DNA from: Fibrobacterales bacterium
Lineage (GTDB): Bacteria > Fibrobacterota > Fibrobacteria > Fibrobacterales > JAOPTW01
Assembly (NCBI GenBank): GCA_051532055.1
Contig: JAOPTX010000025.1
Coordinates: 1 to 64,000, forward strand
DNA: 64,000 nucleotides
Reading direction: 5' to 3'
Within the stretch, counting starts at the first letter, position 1. Each line of letters starts with the position of its first letter. Shown piece after piece: positions 9,302 to 19,331 of this stretch. The position numbers and the translations under genes were made by a program. The notes below the pieces were generated by a model. The model was given only the letters and a program-made list of their open reading frames with translations. It made no database searches and was not told the DNA's origin.

Positions 9302-10822
9302 TTAATTAAGCAGGGATATCCGTCGTGAAAATGAGAGTTCAATCTCTACATCATTCTTCTGGTCTTCCCATGGAAAGTACCGGTATAACATAGCTAATTT
9401 TCCATCTAAATCCCCAGGGAGGGGAGTTTTTATAAAGAACTGTGATCGAATTTCCTGAATTGTATTACCGCTTAATGCCCATTTTGGGCCATTTGCACCA
9501 TAATAGTCACTATAGAGTGTATGTTCTCCTGAATTCAAATACGCAAGTTGCAGACCGATCTCTCTCTTTTTTCTACGGTACTCAATATCCAACCAAAAAT
9601 CGAGTTTATCGGGCCCTCTATAATAACCCACTGGATAATCAACCACATAGGTATCCACAAAACTGGGCTCCTCTCTATCTCGATAATTACTCTTATAAAC
9701 TGTTCGATTAGTATGTTTGAGCAGTGGAAGCCTACTATTACCAAAAAGTGGATCGGTGTAGATTCCTTCGAGAAGCACTTCTATCTCATTGTTATCAAAG
9801 GTAAATGTCTTATTCCATCCGAGTAACCATGCAAAAATAGTTGGATTTCCATCATGTTCTGTCTCACCATATTGCACATCATCAAGAGCCCCTTCCAAAT
9901 AAAGCTTTCCTAACTTATTTGACTCAAATGCGATATCGAGCGAGGTAACCGTATTACTAAAGCCATCGCCATAACTATGATGCCACATAATAAACGGATT
10001 AACATCTCTTAAATCAGGTGCTTTCCCTCCAATTATTATCTGCTCCATAGCTGCAACAGTAAAGCATCCCGCGGTAAACTGATATCTATGAACTGCAATA
10101 CTCTTATAGGGTTCAGAAAATACTCTATGTTGATTAGGAGTAACACTATTTTGCCTCTGCAAATACTCTTCAGAGCCAACTGGAAATTCGCCTGAACTAT
10201 AAGGCATTCCCCCCAAATAAGGGTTTATTGATGTAAATACAAAAGTCCAGCTAAAATTATCTATAGTAAGGTGTGATTGAAAAGCATCATAATAGGGGGC
10301 TCCTGAAAATGCTACTCCTCTATCGGGAGAAGGGCCAAGTACTATTTTTTGACGTCCTATTTTAGCCGATATCAATGAATTTTCAACAGCTACCCATGAT
10401 TCGTAAGGGTAGTTTATCTCAAATTCATTGGTACCTTGCGGTATATTGAGGCTCCTTTCTTGATAAAAAGCCTCCATATCCCTTGATATTCCATAATTAA
10501 AATAAAAACGAAGCCAATCTCCATACCGTTCATCGGCCACTATGTTTACTATTGCGGGTATTTTTTCCCAACTTGTTGCAAACTCCGCATCCACAGAGAG
10601 CGCGCTCCAATTCCCACCAAATTTTTCTAAGGTATCCAAACCAAACGTACTATTTTCAATTGATTGATAGATTCCAGGATTTATTGAAAGCTCCACACTA
10701 TGTCGCCACTTACTTTTTTCAGCCGCTTGAATCACTAGACTGACCACTGCCAGAAATACAAAGCACTTTCTAAATATTGACAAAACATACTCCAAATAAA
10801 ATGAGAAGGAATCAACTGACAT
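9302..10822 (-). CDS. Putative outer-membrane beta-barrel, capsule assembly Wzi-like
   Basis: Signal peptide; AKIGRQKIVLGP, AVHRYQF, EQIIIG, PVGYYRGPD resemble the Wzi-like family; family call is tentative. Confidence 0.5.
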   Translation of the reverse strand: MSVDSFSFYLEYVLSIFRKCFVFLAVVSLVIQAAEKSKWRHSVELSINPGIYQSIENSTFGLDTLEKFGGNWSALSVDAEFATSWEKIPAIVNIVADERYGDWLRFYFNYGISRDMEAFYQERSLNIPQGTNEFEINYPYESWVAVENSLISAKIGRQKIVLGPSPDRGVAFSGAPYYDAFQSHLTIDNFSWTFVFTSINPYLGGMPYSSGEFPVGSEEYLQRQNSVTPNQHRVFSEPYKSIAVHRYQFTAGCFTVAAMEQIIIGGKAPDLRDVNPFIMWHHSYGDGFSNTVTSLDIAFESNKLGKLYLEGALDDVQYGETEHDGNPTIFAWLLGWNKTFTFDNNEIEVLLEGIYTDPLFGNSRLPLLKHTNRTVYKSNYRDREEPSFVDTYVVDYPVGYYRGPDKLDFWLDIEYRRKKREIGLQLAYLNSGEHTLYSDYYGANGPKWALSGNTIQEIRSQFFIKTPLPGDLDGKLAMLYRYFPWEDQKNDVEIELSFSRRISLLN

Positions 10823-10980
10823 TCATAAATAATAGTATTTGCATTTTAGAGAGAGAGTGAATTGTCATTAGTTCAGCACCCACAGATCAAATACCACTCA
10901 TACATGCACCTTTTTACCGCTTTTTTCTACATTAATACCCACTATAAGTCACTTATTGACGAATTTTTTAAAGGTTTTAA

Positions 10981-12147
10981 ATGAAAATTGCTGTTGCCGG
11001 TACGGGCTATGTTGGACTATCAAATGCAATGCTTTTAGCACAAAATAACGAAGTTGTCGCTATTGATATAATTGAAGAGAAAGTAACACTTCTCAACCAA
11101 AAAAAATCTCCCATTGTCGATGTTGAAATCGAGGATTTTTTAGCAAATAAAAGCCTCAATTTTACTGCTACAACTGACAAAAATCTGGCGTATACCAATG
11201 CAGAATATGTAATCATCGCAACGCCTACAGATTATGATGTTGAAACCAACTATTTTAACACTTCATCAGTCGAAGCAGTAATAAAAGATGTAATCGCTAT
11301 TAATCCAACGGCCACCATGATTATAAAGTCAACAGTTCCTGTTGGATATACTCAACAAATTAAAGAGGATCTTAAGTGTGAAAATATCATTTTTTCACCT
11401 GAATTTCTCCGTGAAGGCAAAGCTCTTCATGATAACCTCTACCCTTCTCGCATAATCATTGGCGAACAGAGTGAACGCGCCACTATTTTTGCTAATCTAT
11501 TAGTTGAAGGTGCAATAAAAGAAGATATTACAGTCCTTCATACCAACTCTACAGAAGCTGAAGGAGTAAAGCTCTTCTCTAATACCTATCTCGCAATGAG
11601 AGTAGCCTATTTTAATGAACTTGATTCTTATGCCGAAACTCATGGACTCAATAGTCGTCAAATAATTGAAGGTGTTGGTCTCGATCCTAGAATCGGCTCT
11701 CACTATAATAATCCATCATTTGGGTATGGTGGGTACTGCCTCCCTAAAGACACCAAACAACTCAGAGCTAACTATAAAAATGTCCCTAATTCAATAATTG
11801 GGGCTATTGTTGATGCAAATAGTATGCGCAAAGACTTTATTGCCGACTCTATCATTAATAGAAATCCTAAAAAAGTGGGCATCTATCGTCTTATCATGAA
11901 GTCTGGTTCAGATAACTTCCGTGCATCATCTATTCAAGGGATCATGAAACGCATCAAAGCCAAAGGCATTGAAGTGGTTATCTATGAACCAGTAATGAAA
12001 GATGATGAATTTTTCAATTCAAAAGTAATTCGTGACCTTGATACCTTTAAAAGTGAATGTGATGTTATAGTTTCTAATAGAATGGAAGCTCAACTAGAAG
12101 ATGTTGCAGCCAAAGTATACACAAGAGACCTCTTTGGATCTGATTAA
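10981..12147 (+). CDS. ugd: UDP-glucose 6-dehydrogenase
   Basis: [39 protein letters not shown]. Confidence 0.96.
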   Translation: MKIAVAGTGYVGLSNAMLLAQNNEVVAIDIIEEKVTLLNQKKSPIVDVEIEDFLANKSLNFTATTDKNLAYTNAEYVIIATPTDYDVETNYFNTSSVEAVIKDVIAINPTATMIIKSTVPVGYTQQIKEDLKCENIIFSPEFLREGKALHDNLYPSRIIIGEQSERATIFANLLVEGAIKEDITVLHTNSTEAEGVKLFSNTYLAMRVAYFNELDSYAETHGLNSRQIIEGVGLDPRIGSHYNNPSFGYGGYCLPKDTKQLRANYKNVPNSIIGAIVDANSMRKDFIADSIINRNPKKVGIYRLIMKSGSDNFRASSIQGIMKRIKAKGIEVVIYEPVMKDDEFFNSKVIRDLDTFKSECDVIVSNRMEAQLEDVAAKVYTRDLFGSD

Positions 12148-12173
12148 CAAGTCTTTTCAGCTCAATAATACAC

Positions 12174-12810
12174 CTATCAACATACAGCATACTTTTAATA
12201 ACACTCTTAGATATCTAGGAGTGTTTTTTTATTCACAGTAAACTGCAATACACTCCTCAGCATAAAACCAAGAACAAAGTTTTCACCATTCTATCAACAG
12301 AGTTCCAAAAGAAGGTTTTCCATTTTAAGCTATCAACAACCTCTTTTTAGCATTCTTACGATACTCATATCACCAAGACCTCAATTATCAAGGCTCAACT
12401 CCTCCTTTATGTATCCTTTTAAGTCTTTTTAGATACTCTTATCATATAAATATCGATTAATCAGATGCTCAATGTTTCTTTTATATTTTATATAGATTAA
12501 TAAATAAAGTATTAGTAATAGAGACGTTGATAGTGTTGAAAACTCTTATAACTCACAGTATTTTAAGAGTCTTATCAAAATGGAGCATTCTTGATAAGCA
12601 TTGAACCATTAGGGCACTTTTCAACATTGAAAAGTTGACTTATGTATCTCTAACATTTCATGTTGATAGACCAAGATTTCTTTCAATAACTCATGTTGAT
12701 AGAAAAAGTTTTCAACATTTTGTTGATATAATGGTGACAACTTAGTGTATTATAAATACTAAGTTGTCTATTTCCCTCTCATATATAACAGCATACCCTA
12801 CCTTTCAACA
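12174..12810. other. Putative chromosomal replication origin (oriC) with variant DnaA boxes, AT-rich unwinding element and DnaA-trio-like repeats
   Basis: About 11 copies of YTWTCAACA-like 9-mers on both strands, one TTATTCACA, and AT-rich 12476-12506 followed by AAG TAT TAG TAA TAG and two tandem boxes. Confidence 0.7.
12199..12230 (+). terminator. Rho-independent terminator of ugd
   Basis: aacactcttag-atat-ctaggagtgtt followed by a T-run. Confidence 0.75.
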
Positions 12811-12941
12811 AAAGACAATGAAAATCAAGAAAAAGTTTGAATAATTGTATTTCCGAGTTAGGGAAACAAAAAAGCCCTTCAGTCACGAAAAGCCTACGTT
12901 ATTAGTTAATAAGTTAACAATATTTTTTTAAAAAAAAATCA

Positions 12942-13045
12942 ATTTCGACGAGATGGAGTGTTAGTACAAGGCGCTCGATTGAAACCGTACTTAACGTACG
13001 GTGATATGAGAGCAACGCAGTAATAGCGCTGCAGCTCGGTTAAAT
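12942..13045. repeat. Palindromic intergenic element, copy 1
   Basis: Long imperfect hairpin; CAAGGCG...accgtac-ttaac-gtacggt...CAACGCAGTAAT. Confidence 0.65.
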
Positions 13046-13048
13046 CTG

Positions 13049-14416
13049 TTAAACTCTATTGTAATCGTCTTCAATTCGAATAATATCATCCTCGCCCGTA
13101 TATTCACCAACCTGAGCCTCAATAATCACAAGATCGACAATACCTTGATTCTCAAGTCGATGCTCAGTTCCAATTGGAATATAAGTCGACTCATTAGGGC
13201 GAACAATCATCTCTTTTTTATCAACGGTAACCGTAGCGGTACCACTTACCACAACCCAGTGTTCAGATCGATGCATATGTTTTTGAAGAGAGATACGCTT
13301 GCCAGATTTAACCACAATACGTTTTACTTTATATCCTTTATAATCTTGAAGAATGGTATAAGAGCCCCAAGGGCGATAGGTAGTAATATTGTTATGATGA
13401 AGATCAGAACCCTCTTTTTCAAGTTGGTTCACAACATCTTTAACTTTTTGAGAAGAACCTTTCTTGGTAACTAGAAGAGCATCAGGAGTATCGATGACAA
13501 TCATATCTTCAACATCTACAAGAGCAACTTTACGACCACTGGTAAGAACTAAGTTATTCTTGGATTCAACATTAATCAAGTTTTCAGCTTCAGTATTACC
13601 GTCACTATCTTTTGGAAGTTCATCATACAATGCATCAAAACTGCCAAGATCAGACCATCCGATATCTGCAGGAACTACTTTTACAATATCTGATTTTTCC
13701 ATAACAGCGTAGTCAATTGAGTCTTTAGGGATGTTGAGCATATCATCTTTTTCAATGAGTATCTTATCACCGCTGGTTTCTTTAAGAGCTGCTTTACAGG
13801 TTTCAAGCATTTCTGGGTTATATTTCTTCAATTCTTCAAGAAATACGCCTGCTTTAAAGCAAAACATACCTGAATTCCAGTAGAAATTACCTTTTGAGAT
13901 ATACTCTTCAGCCTTCTCTTTTGTTGGTTTCTCTCGGAATTTAACCACATCATTACCATTTGCCTCTAAATACCCAAAACCTGTTTCAGGGAAAGTAGGT
14001 TTAATGCCAAAGGTTACCAGGTGCCCCGCTTCAGCAAGTTTTTTTGCTTCTTCTACTGCTTTTAAGTAGGCGTCTTGTTTGGTAATAAGTTGATCAGATG
14101 GAGTTACCAGTACGATATCATCAGGATCTAACGTTAAACACGGGAGTGCAATTGCAGGGGCGGTATTTCTTCCAACAGGTTCTAGCAAATATCTGTTGTT
14201 GGTAACTTTAAGCTCACTGAGCTGATCTTCCGCTAAAAACTGCTGTGCTTGATTAGAAACAACAAATTCACTATTGCACACTTCTTGATTACGGGCAACC
14301 GTTTCCATAAAGAGGGAACGTCCAGAAAAGAGCTTTACAAACTGTTTAGGGAGGAGTGTTCTACTGATAGGCCAAAGTCGCGTACCTGCACCACCGCAAA
14401 TAATAATATTAATCAT
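13049..14416 (-). CDS. manC: Mannose-1-phosphate guanylyltransferase / mannose-6-phosphate isomerase
   Basis: CGGAGTRLWPISR..PKQF, EPVGRNTAPA, WNSGMF, SIDYAVME, WSDLGS, C-terminal cupin RPWG..HRSEHW. Confidence 0.95.
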   Translation of the reverse strand: MINIIICGGAGTRLWPISRTLLPKQFVKLFSGRSLFMETVARNQEVCNSEFVVSNQAQQFLAEDQLSELKVTNNRYLLEPVGRNTAPAIALPCLTLDPDDIVLVTPSDQLITKQDAYLKAVEEAKKLAEAGHLVTFGIKPTFPETGFGYLEANGNDVVKFREKPTKEKAEEYISKGNFYWNSGMFCFKAGVFLEELKKYNPEMLETCKAALKETSGDKILIEKDDMLNIPKDSIDYAVMEKSDIVKVVPADIGWSDLGSFDALYDELPKDSDGNTEAENLINVESKNNLVLTSGRKVALVDVEDMIVIDTPDALLVTKKGSSQKVKDVVNQLEKEGSDLHHNNITTYRPWGSYTILQDYKGYKVKRIVVKSGKRISLQKHMHRSEHWVVVSGTATVTVDKKEMIVRPNESTYIPIGTEHRLENQGIVDLVIIEAQVGEYTGEDDIIRIEDDYNRV

Positions 14417-14585
14417 GAGATATCCAAAATTCTTCTATATATTGTGACGAAAAATAGCATTTTAACAAATTTTAAACCAAAATTTGGTAGATTTTGCACT
14501 AAAGAATACAGAATTAGGTCTGTATTCCCGGAAATTTTAAATATTACATCTCAATAAAGTTTAGAGTGTAATTAGGAACTGATAT

Positions 14586-15470
14586 ATGAAAGGTATTATT
14601 CTTGCAGGGGGATCAGGAACCCGTCTCTACCCTATTACAAAAGGTATCAGTAAACAACTGCTCCCTATTTATGATAAACCAATGATCTATTACCCTCTTT
14701 CGGTACTCATGCTTGCAGGTATTAAAGAAGTTCTTATTATATCAACTCCTCAAGATATTGGGCGTTTTGAAGAACTTCTTGGTGATGGGGCAGATATTGG
14801 AATACAACTTGAATATGCAATACAACCATCGCCTGATGGACTTGCGCAAGCCTTTATTATTGGTGAAGAGTTTATTGGTAATGATGATGTTGCTCTAGTA
14901 CTTGGAGATAACCTCTTCTATGGGCAAGGCTTCACAGAAAAACTTCAAACCTCTGTACAAAGAGCAGCTCAAAAACGGGAAGCTACCATATTTGGGTACT
15001 TTGTACATGATCCAGAGCGTTACGGCGTTGCAGAGATCGATGCCGAGGGAACCGTTCTCTCTATTGAAGAAAAACCAGAAAAGCCAAAATCAAATAATGC
15101 GGTGGTGGGACTCTATTTTTATACGAATGATGTTGTTGAGGTGGCAAAAAATATCAAACCATCACCTCGTGGTGAACTTGAAATTACGACTGTTAATCAG
15201 GTCTTTTTAGAGCGGAAACAGTTAAAATTAGAGGCTCTTGGACGTGGTTTTGCGTGGTTAGACACTGGTACTCACGACTCTTTAATGGAGGCTTCGAGTT
15301 TTATTGAAACCATTGAAAAACGTCAGGGTTTAAAGGTTGCTTGTCTTGAAGAAATCGCATTTAGAATGGGATATATTGGCAAAAATGAATTACTTAAGCT
15401 TGCTGAACCACTAAAAAAGAATCAGTATGGGCAATATTTGATACATCTTGCCCAAAACGACCTATTATAA
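14586..15470 (+). CDS. rfbA: Glucose-1-phosphate thymidylyltransferase
   Basis: [41 protein letters not shown]. Confidence 0.97.
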   Translation: MKGIILAGGSGTRLYPITKGISKQLLPIYDKPMIYYPLSVLMLAGIKEVLIISTPQDIGRFEELLGDGADIGIQLEYAIQPSPDGLAQAFIIGEEFIGNDDVALVLGDNLFYGQGFTEKLQTSVQRAAQKREATIFGYFVHDPERYGVAEIDAEGTVLSIEEKPEKPKSNNAVVGLYFYTNDVVEVAKNIKPSPRGELEITTVNQVFLERKQLKLEALGRGFAWLDTGTHDSLMEASSFIETIEKRQGLKVACLEEIAFRMGYIGKNELLKLAEPLKKNQYGQYLIHLAQNDLL

Positions 15471-15551
15471 ATCTTTATTTATAATAAATTAAATTTAAAA
15501 AAAATTCTTTTTGCATGATCAATTAGGTTCTGTGAATATAAGGAGCTCAGT

Positions 15552-15947
15552 ATGAAGCGAATCATTACTTTTGGAACTTACGATTTACTCCACATTGGGC
15601 ATATAAATATATTTAAACGTGCACGTAAACTTGGTGACTATCTTATAGCGGGGGTTTCGACAGATGCCCTAAATCTAACGAAAAAAGATAAAAAGCCTGT
15701 TTATAGTGAAAATGATCGTGCTGAAATTGTGAAGTCATTGCGATATGTGGATGAAGTATTTTTCGAAGAAAGTCTCGATTTGAAACGAGAATATATACAA
15801 AAATTTAATGCAGACATTCTGGTTATGGGTGATGATTGGGAAGGAAAATTTGACTTTTGCAAAGATCTCTGTGAAGTTGTATATTTGGACCGTACACCAG
15901 AAATATCAACAACTAAACTTAAAGAAGATATAAAGAAATATTTTTAA
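15552..15947 (+). CDS. Glycerol-3-phosphate cytidylyltransferase-like (TagD family)
   Basis: ITFGTYDLLHIGH, MGDDWEGKFD, RTPEISTT. Confidence 0.8.
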   Translation: MKRIITFGTYDLLHIGHINIFKRARKLGDYLIAGVSTDALNLTKKDKKPVYSENDRAEIVKSLRYVDEVFFEESLDLKREYIQKFNADILVMGDDWEGKFDFCKDLCEVVYLDRTPEISTTKLKEDIKKYF

Positions 15948-16495
15948 TGAAATTTATAAAAACAGAAATCCCAGAAGTAGTAATTTTAGAGCCTAGAGTA
16001 TTTGAAGATGATCGTGGATACTTTTTTGAGAGTTTTAACCAAAAAGAGTTTGATGAGAACATGGGCAAAGTAGACTTTGTTCAGGATAATGAATCAAAAT
16101 CATCTTATGGAATAGTGAGAGGACTCCATTATCAACTTCCGCCCTATAATCAACAAAAACTAGTGAGAGTTATAGTAGGTACTGTTTTAGATGTAGCAGT
16201 TGATATTCGAAAAGACTCCCCGACTTTGGGAAAGCATGTAGCTGTTGAATTATCTGCTGAAAATAAGCGTCAGCTTTGGGTACCGAAAGGATTTGCTCAT
16301 GGATTTGCTGTATTAACAGAAACAGCTATATTTAGTTATAAGGTTGATAATTATTATGCCCCTGAATATGATCGTGGACTTCTTTGGAATGACCCTGAAA
16401 TAGGTATTGATTGGAAAATTGATCTTGATAAGGTACAGTTATCCGGAAAAGATGAAAAACAACCAACATTGAGTGACATGAAGGATATGTTATGA
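15947..16495 (+). CDS. rfbC: dTDP-4-dehydrorhamnose 3,5-epimerase
   Basis: DDRGYFFE, FVQDNES, RGLHYQ, GFAHGF. Confidence 0.96.
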   Translation: MKFIKTEIPEVVILEPRVFEDDRGYFFESFNQKEFDENMGKVDFVQDNESKSSYGIVRGLHYQLPPYNQQKLVRVIVGTVLDVAVDIRKDSPTLGKHVAVELSAENKRQLWVPKGFAHGFAVLTETAIFSYKVDNYYAPEYDRGLLWNDPEIGIDWKIDLDKVQLSGKDEKQPTLSDMKDML

Positions 16496-17358
16496 AAAGG
16501 ATACTCGTAACAGGTTCAAATGGTCAATTGGGTAGTGAAATTCAAGCTTTAGCTTCAAATTATGATGTAAAACTTATTTTGACAGATGTATCTCAATTAG
16601 ACATAACGGACCCAAATACTATTGAGTTATTTCTACACAATCAATCAAAAATAGATATTTGTATTAATTGTGCAGCGTATACAGCAGTAGATAAAGCAGA
16701 AGAAAATAGAGAATTGGCCGATAAAATTAATCATATTGGTCCTAAAAACTTAGCAAAAGCTGCTAAAATTCATGGATTTAAACTTATTCAAGTTTCAACT
16801 GATTTTGTCTTTGATGGTACCCAAGCTCACCCTTATAAAGAATCCGATGTTGTAAACCCAATATCTGTATATGGTAAGACAAAATATGATGGAGAACAAG
16901 CGGTACTATTAGAAAACTCCGATTCAATAATCATTAGAACATCATGGCTTTACTCGGCATTTGGGAATAATTTTGTCAAAACCATGATGAAACTAGGAAC
17001 AGAGAGAGAAAAAATTGGAATTGTGTATGATCAAGTAGGAAGTCCTACCTATGCCAGAGATTTAGCTGAGTGTATTCTTGGACTTATTGATAATATTAAG
17101 AAAATTGAAAATATAAGTGGAACCTTTCATTATAGCAATGAAGGTGTTGCCAGTTGGTATGACTTTACCTGTGCTATTCATGAATATGCCGAGATTGAGT
17201 GTACAGTATCCCCTATTGAAGCTAAGAATTATCCACTTCCAGCACCAAGGCCTCATTTTAGTGTTATGGATAAATCTAAGTTAAAAACTGAATTTGGAGT
17301 ATCAATCCCTCACTGGCGTGAAAGTTTAAGAGAGTGTATTTCTCTTTTATCAGAATAA
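16492..17358 (+). CDS. rfbD: dTDP-4-dehydrorhamnose reductase
   Basis: TGSNGQLG, NCAAYTAVDKAE, STDFVFDG, YGKTK. Confidence 0.96.
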   Translation: MKRILVTGSNGQLGSEIQALASNYDVKLILTDVSQLDITDPNTIELFLHNQSKIDICINCAAYTAVDKAEENRELADKINHIGPKNLAKAAKIHGFKLIQVSTDFVFDGTQAHPYKESDVVNPISVYGKTKYDGEQAVLLENSDSIIIRTSWLYSAFGNNFVKTMMKLGTEREKIGIVYDQVGSPTYARDLAECILGLIDNIKKIENISGTFHYSNEGVASWYDFTCAIHEYAEIECTVSPIEAKNYPLPAPRPHFSVMDKSKLKTEFGVSIPHWRESLRECISLLSE

Positions 17359-17467
17359 GCTCTAATTACTAATCTAGTTGATTGGTTATTTGGGGTGAAA
17401 ATGTATCTTTTTAGTCAAATTTTAAGTTTTCCAAAAGTATACAAATGCTTTTGAATGGTATGATAGT

Positions 17468-18484
17468 ATGGAATTAGAAAAATCAATTCTTGTAACCGGT
17501 GGAGCAGGTTTTATTGGCTCAGTATTTATCCCGTATTTTATTGAGAAAAACCCTTCTTATAAAGTGATAAATCTTGACCTACTTACCTATGCAGGTAATT
17601 TAGAGAACCTGAAAGAGGTTGAAAGTCACCCACAATATGCATTTGAAAAAGGTGATATTTGTGATAGACCCTTTGTTCAGTCTCTCTTTGAAAAATATGA
17701 TATTCGTGGAGTAGTACATTTTGCTGCAGAATCTCATGTTGATAATTCCATTGAAGGACCTGAAGTATTTATTAAAACTAATGTGAATGGAACTTTTACT
17801 CTTATTGATGTAGCACGTAACTATTGGATGGATGCTCCCTTTACTTATAAAAAAGAATACGAAGGGTGTCGCTTTCACCATGTGTCAACAGATGAAGTAT
17901 ATGGTACATTAGGTGAGACAGGTCTTTTTACTGAAGAGACCCCATATGCTCCAAACTCTCCTTATTCTGCTTCAAAAGCTGCATCTGATTTAATCGTACG
18001 CAGTTATTTTCATACCTATGGTATGAATGTTGTTACAACTAATTGTTCAAATAATTATGGACCTAAACAGCATGATGAAAAATTAATCCCTACTATCATT
18101 AGAAAGTGTTTAGCGGGTGAAAATATCCCAGTATATGGTGATGGCAAAAATATCCGTGACTGGTTATATGTTCTTGATCATGGTAAAGGGATAGACTTGG
18201 CCTATCATAATGGTAGAGAAGGTGAAACCTATAATATTGGCGGAAGAAACGAACGTGATAACCTCTATATTGTAGAGACAATCTGTAAGATACTGGATGA
18301 AAAGTCTCCAGCTAAAGATGGTAAGCCATATAAAGAGCTTATTAGTTTTGTTAAAGATCGTGCAGGACATGATCGCCGCTATGCAATTGATGCTGATAAG
18401 ATTGAGAAAGAGCTAGGATGGAAGGCTGATGAGAATTTTGAGAGTGGTATTTTGAAGACTGTTGAGTGGTATTTGGAAAAGTAG
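17468..18484 (+). CDS. rfbB: dTDP-glucose 4,6-dehydratase
   Basis: TGGAGFIG, HFAAESHVD, STDEVYG, YSASKA, NCSNNYGP, GHDRRYA. Confidence 0.96.
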   Translation: MELEKSILVTGGAGFIGSVFIPYFIEKNPSYKVINLDLLTYAGNLENLKEVESHPQYAFEKGDICDRPFVQSLFEKYDIRGVVHFAAESHVDNSIEGPEVFIKTNVNGTFTLIDVARNYWMDAPFTYKKEYEGCRFHHVSTDEVYGTLGETGLFTEETPYAPNSPYSASKAASDLIVRSYFHTYGMNVVTTNCSNNYGPKQHDEKLIPTIIRKCLAGENIPVYGDGKNIRDWLYVLDHGKGIDLAYHNGREGETYNIGGRNERDNLYIVETICKILDEKSPAKDGKPYKELISFVKDRAGHDRRYAIDADKIEKELGWKADENFESGILKTVEWYLEK

Positions 18485-18493
18485 GGTATACAT

Positions 18494-18910
18494 ATGTCTT
18501 CAATTGATGATTGCAAATTAATAGATCTTCCCAAAATTCTTGATAGGAGAGGAAATCTATCTTTTATCGAGAGCAATAATCACCTTCCTTTTAAAATTGA
18601 ACGAACATATTGGATTTATGATGTTCCAGGTGGAGAAGTTCGAGGTGGTCACGCTTTCAAAGAGCAGTGTGAGTGTATTGTGGCTCTTTCAGGTAGCTTT
18701 GATATTGTATTAAATGATGGTGTTGACAAAAAAATATTCTCTCTTAACCGGTCTTATTATGGTTTATATGTTCCAAAGGGAATTTGGCGTCAAATGAAAA
18801 ACTTTTCAACAAATTCTTTGGCTTTTATAATGGCTTCTACTCAATACAATGAGAAAGATTATATGCGTGACTTCTTTAGGTTTCAAAAGGAAAGCCATGC
18901 AAAACGATAA
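18494..18910 (+). CDS. FdtA/QdtA-family sugar 3,4-ketoisomerase (cupin), copy 1
   Basis: DRRGNLSFIE, RGGHAFK, GLYVPKGIWR. Confidence 0.85.
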   Translation: MSSIDDCKLIDLPKILDRRGNLSFIESNNHLPFKIERTYWIYDVPGGEVRGGHAFKEQCECIVALSGSFDIVLNDGVDKKIFSLNRSYYGLYVPKGIWRQMKNFSTNSLAFIMASTQYNEKDYMRDFFRFQKESHAKR

Positions 18911-19331
18911 TTCAGTATTACAAACCTCTACGGTTTATAACTGTTCTGTAATAGAGCTTCCTAAAAAAAGCCACGAACAGGGAAATATGACTATAGTTGA
19001 AAATTCAAATACAATACCATTTGATGTTAATAGAGTATATTATTTATATGATGTTCCTGGTGGTGAAAGCCGTGGAGGTCATGCTCATAGGGAGTTACGC
19101 CAACTATTGGTAGCAGCAAGTGGTTGTTTTGATGTGATATTAGATGATGGAAAAGTTAAGCGCACTATAACATTAAATAGACCAAACTTTGGTTTACTAG
19201 TAGTTCCAGGCATTTGGCGGGAGTTGGTAAATTTTTCTTCAGGGGCAATATGTTTGGTGCTAGCTTCTCATGTGTATAGCGAAGAGGATTATGTTAGAAA
19301 CTATAGTGAATTTTTGGAAATTAAAAAATAA
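18897..19331 (+). CDS. FdtA/QdtA-family sugar 3,4-ketoisomerase (cupin), copy 2
   Basis: RVYYLYDVPGGESRGGHAH, GIWREL; start taken at ATG 18897. Confidence 0.85.
   Translation: MQNDNSVLQTSTVYNCSVIELPKKSHEQGNMTIVENSNTIPFDVNRVYYLYDVPGGESRGGHAHRELRQLLVAASGCFDVILDDGKVKRTITLNRPNFGLLVVPGIWRELVNFSSGAICLVLASHVYSEEDYVRNYSEFLEIKK

Noticed and set aside
12148..13048. CRISPR array or unannotated gene in the long intergenic region
   Set aside because: The repeats are 9-mers, irregularly spaced and on both strands; there is no 25-40 bp repeat-spacer pattern, no cas gene and no long ORF.
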